A DNA stretch of 58,484 nt from a virus (lineage: Duplodnaviria; Caudoviricetes). Numbering within the stretch: the first letter of the stretch is position 1; every line of letters starts with the position of its first letter. Location of the stretch: positions 1-58,484 of the IMG/VR virus record IMGVR_UViG_3300047380_001405; one strand, written 5' to 3'. Under the pieces are notes generated by a model. The model had not been told where the DNA came from. It saw only the letters and a list, made by a program, of their open reading frames with translations, and did not search any database. Made by a program: the position numbers and the translations under genes. This document shows positions 58,301 to 58,484 of the stretch, piece after piece.

Positions 58301-58484
58301 TTGAAAATACTTTAGCTTCAAGTTGATCCTTAAACTGCTTCATTTTATTATCAGCAGCTTTGTTTTCTTCTATAATTTTGTTGTATTCTTCAATTTGTCT
58401 ATTCAATTTTTCAGGATAAGGCTGGTCTCCTAATAATTCAATCTGCTGCTCTATCCTTTTCTCCTCGTCCTGTAAGTAAGAATT
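52371..58484 (-). CDS. Giant virion ejection/polyvalent protein, 5'-truncated (>2037 aa)
   Basis: Frame is open to the window end (26 more codons beyond 58406); HEAFH zincin motif; LPD38-like C-terminal region. Confidence 0.65.
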   Translation of the reverse strand, partial: NSYLQDEEKRIEQQIELLGDQPYPEKLNRQIEEYNKIIEENKAADNKMKQFKDQLEAKVFSIEAATANILSEKSKEGSPLGAMYNSFMMGVGSEASGAVDLMIDGMTYFSPRNGLSPKTYDRLKSEGKSEDEILDYARKYSKKQLLPEIRKGALEFAGVSSTTQEYMNKWEQTFFGGAFSGLAKSLPEMIGNKYTRILGFGLQASDAVSKEMENNPDFDGISETEKYAVKLPIAVINGVLENYGFRNIVNGSSLTKTVLSNILKTKSKKITAKTFTELADREIKSLLAKGAIRIGTGGLAEFETGALQEISDVTVKSLYNGVKDKKMFETPGSLTDFASQVLRSGAQEAIGGFVMATVPAALNGIRERKGYKLEQKLFDIIDDYVQNPEMIIYHEMQQRIALKKGAITKEEYDKNKKNLDYFKSISSKIPKNISPESRKESFDLLRERESLNEQKKGVDESMTAPFEERITEINNRLTEISKTAKTEEQQEQQPERKKKAPGRKRSYKKGMSPSLIDRGPYLMNEENEKSDILNRADNAEAALKDVGDGTRVFVYETQEDMVSSVPEADTDTKAIYVNKDNTIHIALDVATNDDVGHEAFHAAVLNAIKSDTELQALTKRMLDAVLTTKEGKEIYSDIQDLLTNYEESVQNEEALANILGKLSANYDKLTPSVKTQILQWINSVAKKLNLGTVFTDAATDAEVIDVLNRFQQKVTEGKRVDTKELEVLSEKINETAKPTGNKVNNLKDKPRKSILVDLGIKRHKGVESKVKDATIADIANKTVHLTFSDRLVGGFVQGKEYLGGILFPAITNSVWAANKKTSGSRIINSAVKNDDGYRYVTIAFGSTESHMSNNNMLSEAINLVEKSISQENISTEDAYKRVLKALSVKDTKSFKDEFTSLAEAKNAKSIADAIRKTIGSDNSTFEQRKSFLNTLLGNAKVPKNKFGNLPNFTELANELSEPLSVGHDYGDVISYVRTKGDLSLEEAKPGDPDYHPSYKFVIRSTEDVELLLLDKAYSAKDLFPFISSKNVGYENYVEKYGDQAKAKYLNWLGGGQMSTNVSEQVSEQAEPARVRKSKLTKEEQESLDRGNSIRKKNDQALKNTKQGFKTQMVKFLKNVFGEQLTDSQASIKRIYEGYDTLSKQNRVLNKIVNIAGAKGYATDVFQEYEEEILGGLKKSEISLLEMIVLSRRIIEINRNRLSRDGKKFKEYTGTDGYNTKESEAYLKSLSKDNPELFKKLNDRASKYFDMSRQMLKEMYDGGLLTSESYESIRQLEYMPIKTLKFVLENETENWSEDDIDSFSEKLGISSNGIMTLTENNERNIVQDLRYMMMLQVNMTKFRVAQNELLNAVYDDYVSRENKEDFNEFILDNPVIGKKTTGALKFKYDDAKIPLGYKEISFFKNGIKYKMVMKKEARNQLLNLKTKSLSPTVKSLLRLGSFSPILRFFATAANPLFVLSNIPMDYQNILLNSNIYGRSALFGALPLAKDFTLNFLRKIANTSEYRRIKREYFENGGKMLFMAEQANLTQNDIDKAKKFAKPFYSLVNYYGKAFGYLGDASELAFRLAVYERTKSKEISKFKKENGKLPSPEQLQDIKETATREAREVMDYNQGGTFSKSLDLVMPYTNASFLGLRRFYDGFRKNPKIFASKVVEMMAASAILHTGSLAMAMLAFDGDEEEKKRKLKDALEGLSEYERANYFVFFTGNKNKKGELEYYRIRKLPLLNVVFSISEQKVEQVMLGKEFDYSQSFKALRWSVPFFGGGRVESTVPILASGRALFDNKDVFYDQDIWRGPKDIPEYKKGLYDEKVEGIYKQIGEKMNLSPKKLKVAMEKIVTTPTTNPGLAIFYSVANGIVTKESDELKNLPKILGENSLKKFKRYTNSNLKRYKAKEEMTDQLIKAKGDEYSKDQEIKMMIRDEMSKEKPNYESFISKLESEIIKKYPADKYDQENKRQRFVKYINMEQNAEKGAQRVPYEVIDLFYEREIESQLIHLKYIYDNVSGGDPKEFVRYMNNAKELLDKSLPVKAIKVFLRDYK

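Noticed and set aside
1-58484. Stop-codon reassignment, tRNA genes or a lysogeny module
   Set aside because: Genes are full length under the standard code with high coding density; I recognised no tRNA cloverleaf, integrase or repressor by eye (tRNAscan-SE would confirm).

Overview
This is most or all of an AT-rich, roughly 58 kb podovirus-type dsDNA phage genome. The host is probably a Bacteroidota (Flavobacteriia) cell, judging by TAnnTTTG promoters, AU-rich SD-less start contexts and a DUF3127 SSB. The minus strand carries the virion module (terminase, portal, scaffold, major capsid, tail ring and muzzle, fibres, ejection proteins), lysis genes, groEL/groES and a radical SAM enzyme. The plus strand carries an early array of small genes, a recombination module and a replication module (initiator with iterons, primase-helicase). 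I recognised no DNA or RNA polymerase. The main discovery is in the early region. One hammerhead ribozyme catalytic strand (37707-37799: CUGAUGA...GAAACGUAA) is complementary to eight identical intergenic substrate sites, ACGUC^AUAUACUAAUCUUAA (37828-41232). Each site follows a GC-rich hairpin and lies 25-31 nt before a start codon. A ninth junction instead carries a complete type III hammerhead (41934-41984). This suggests a one-enzyme, many-target ribozyme system that cuts the early polycistronic RNA into single-gene mRNAs. Also notable are mucin-like poly-Thr virion proteins with an adjacent glycosyltransferase, and a 25-aa CDGSH microprotein missed by the ORF track.
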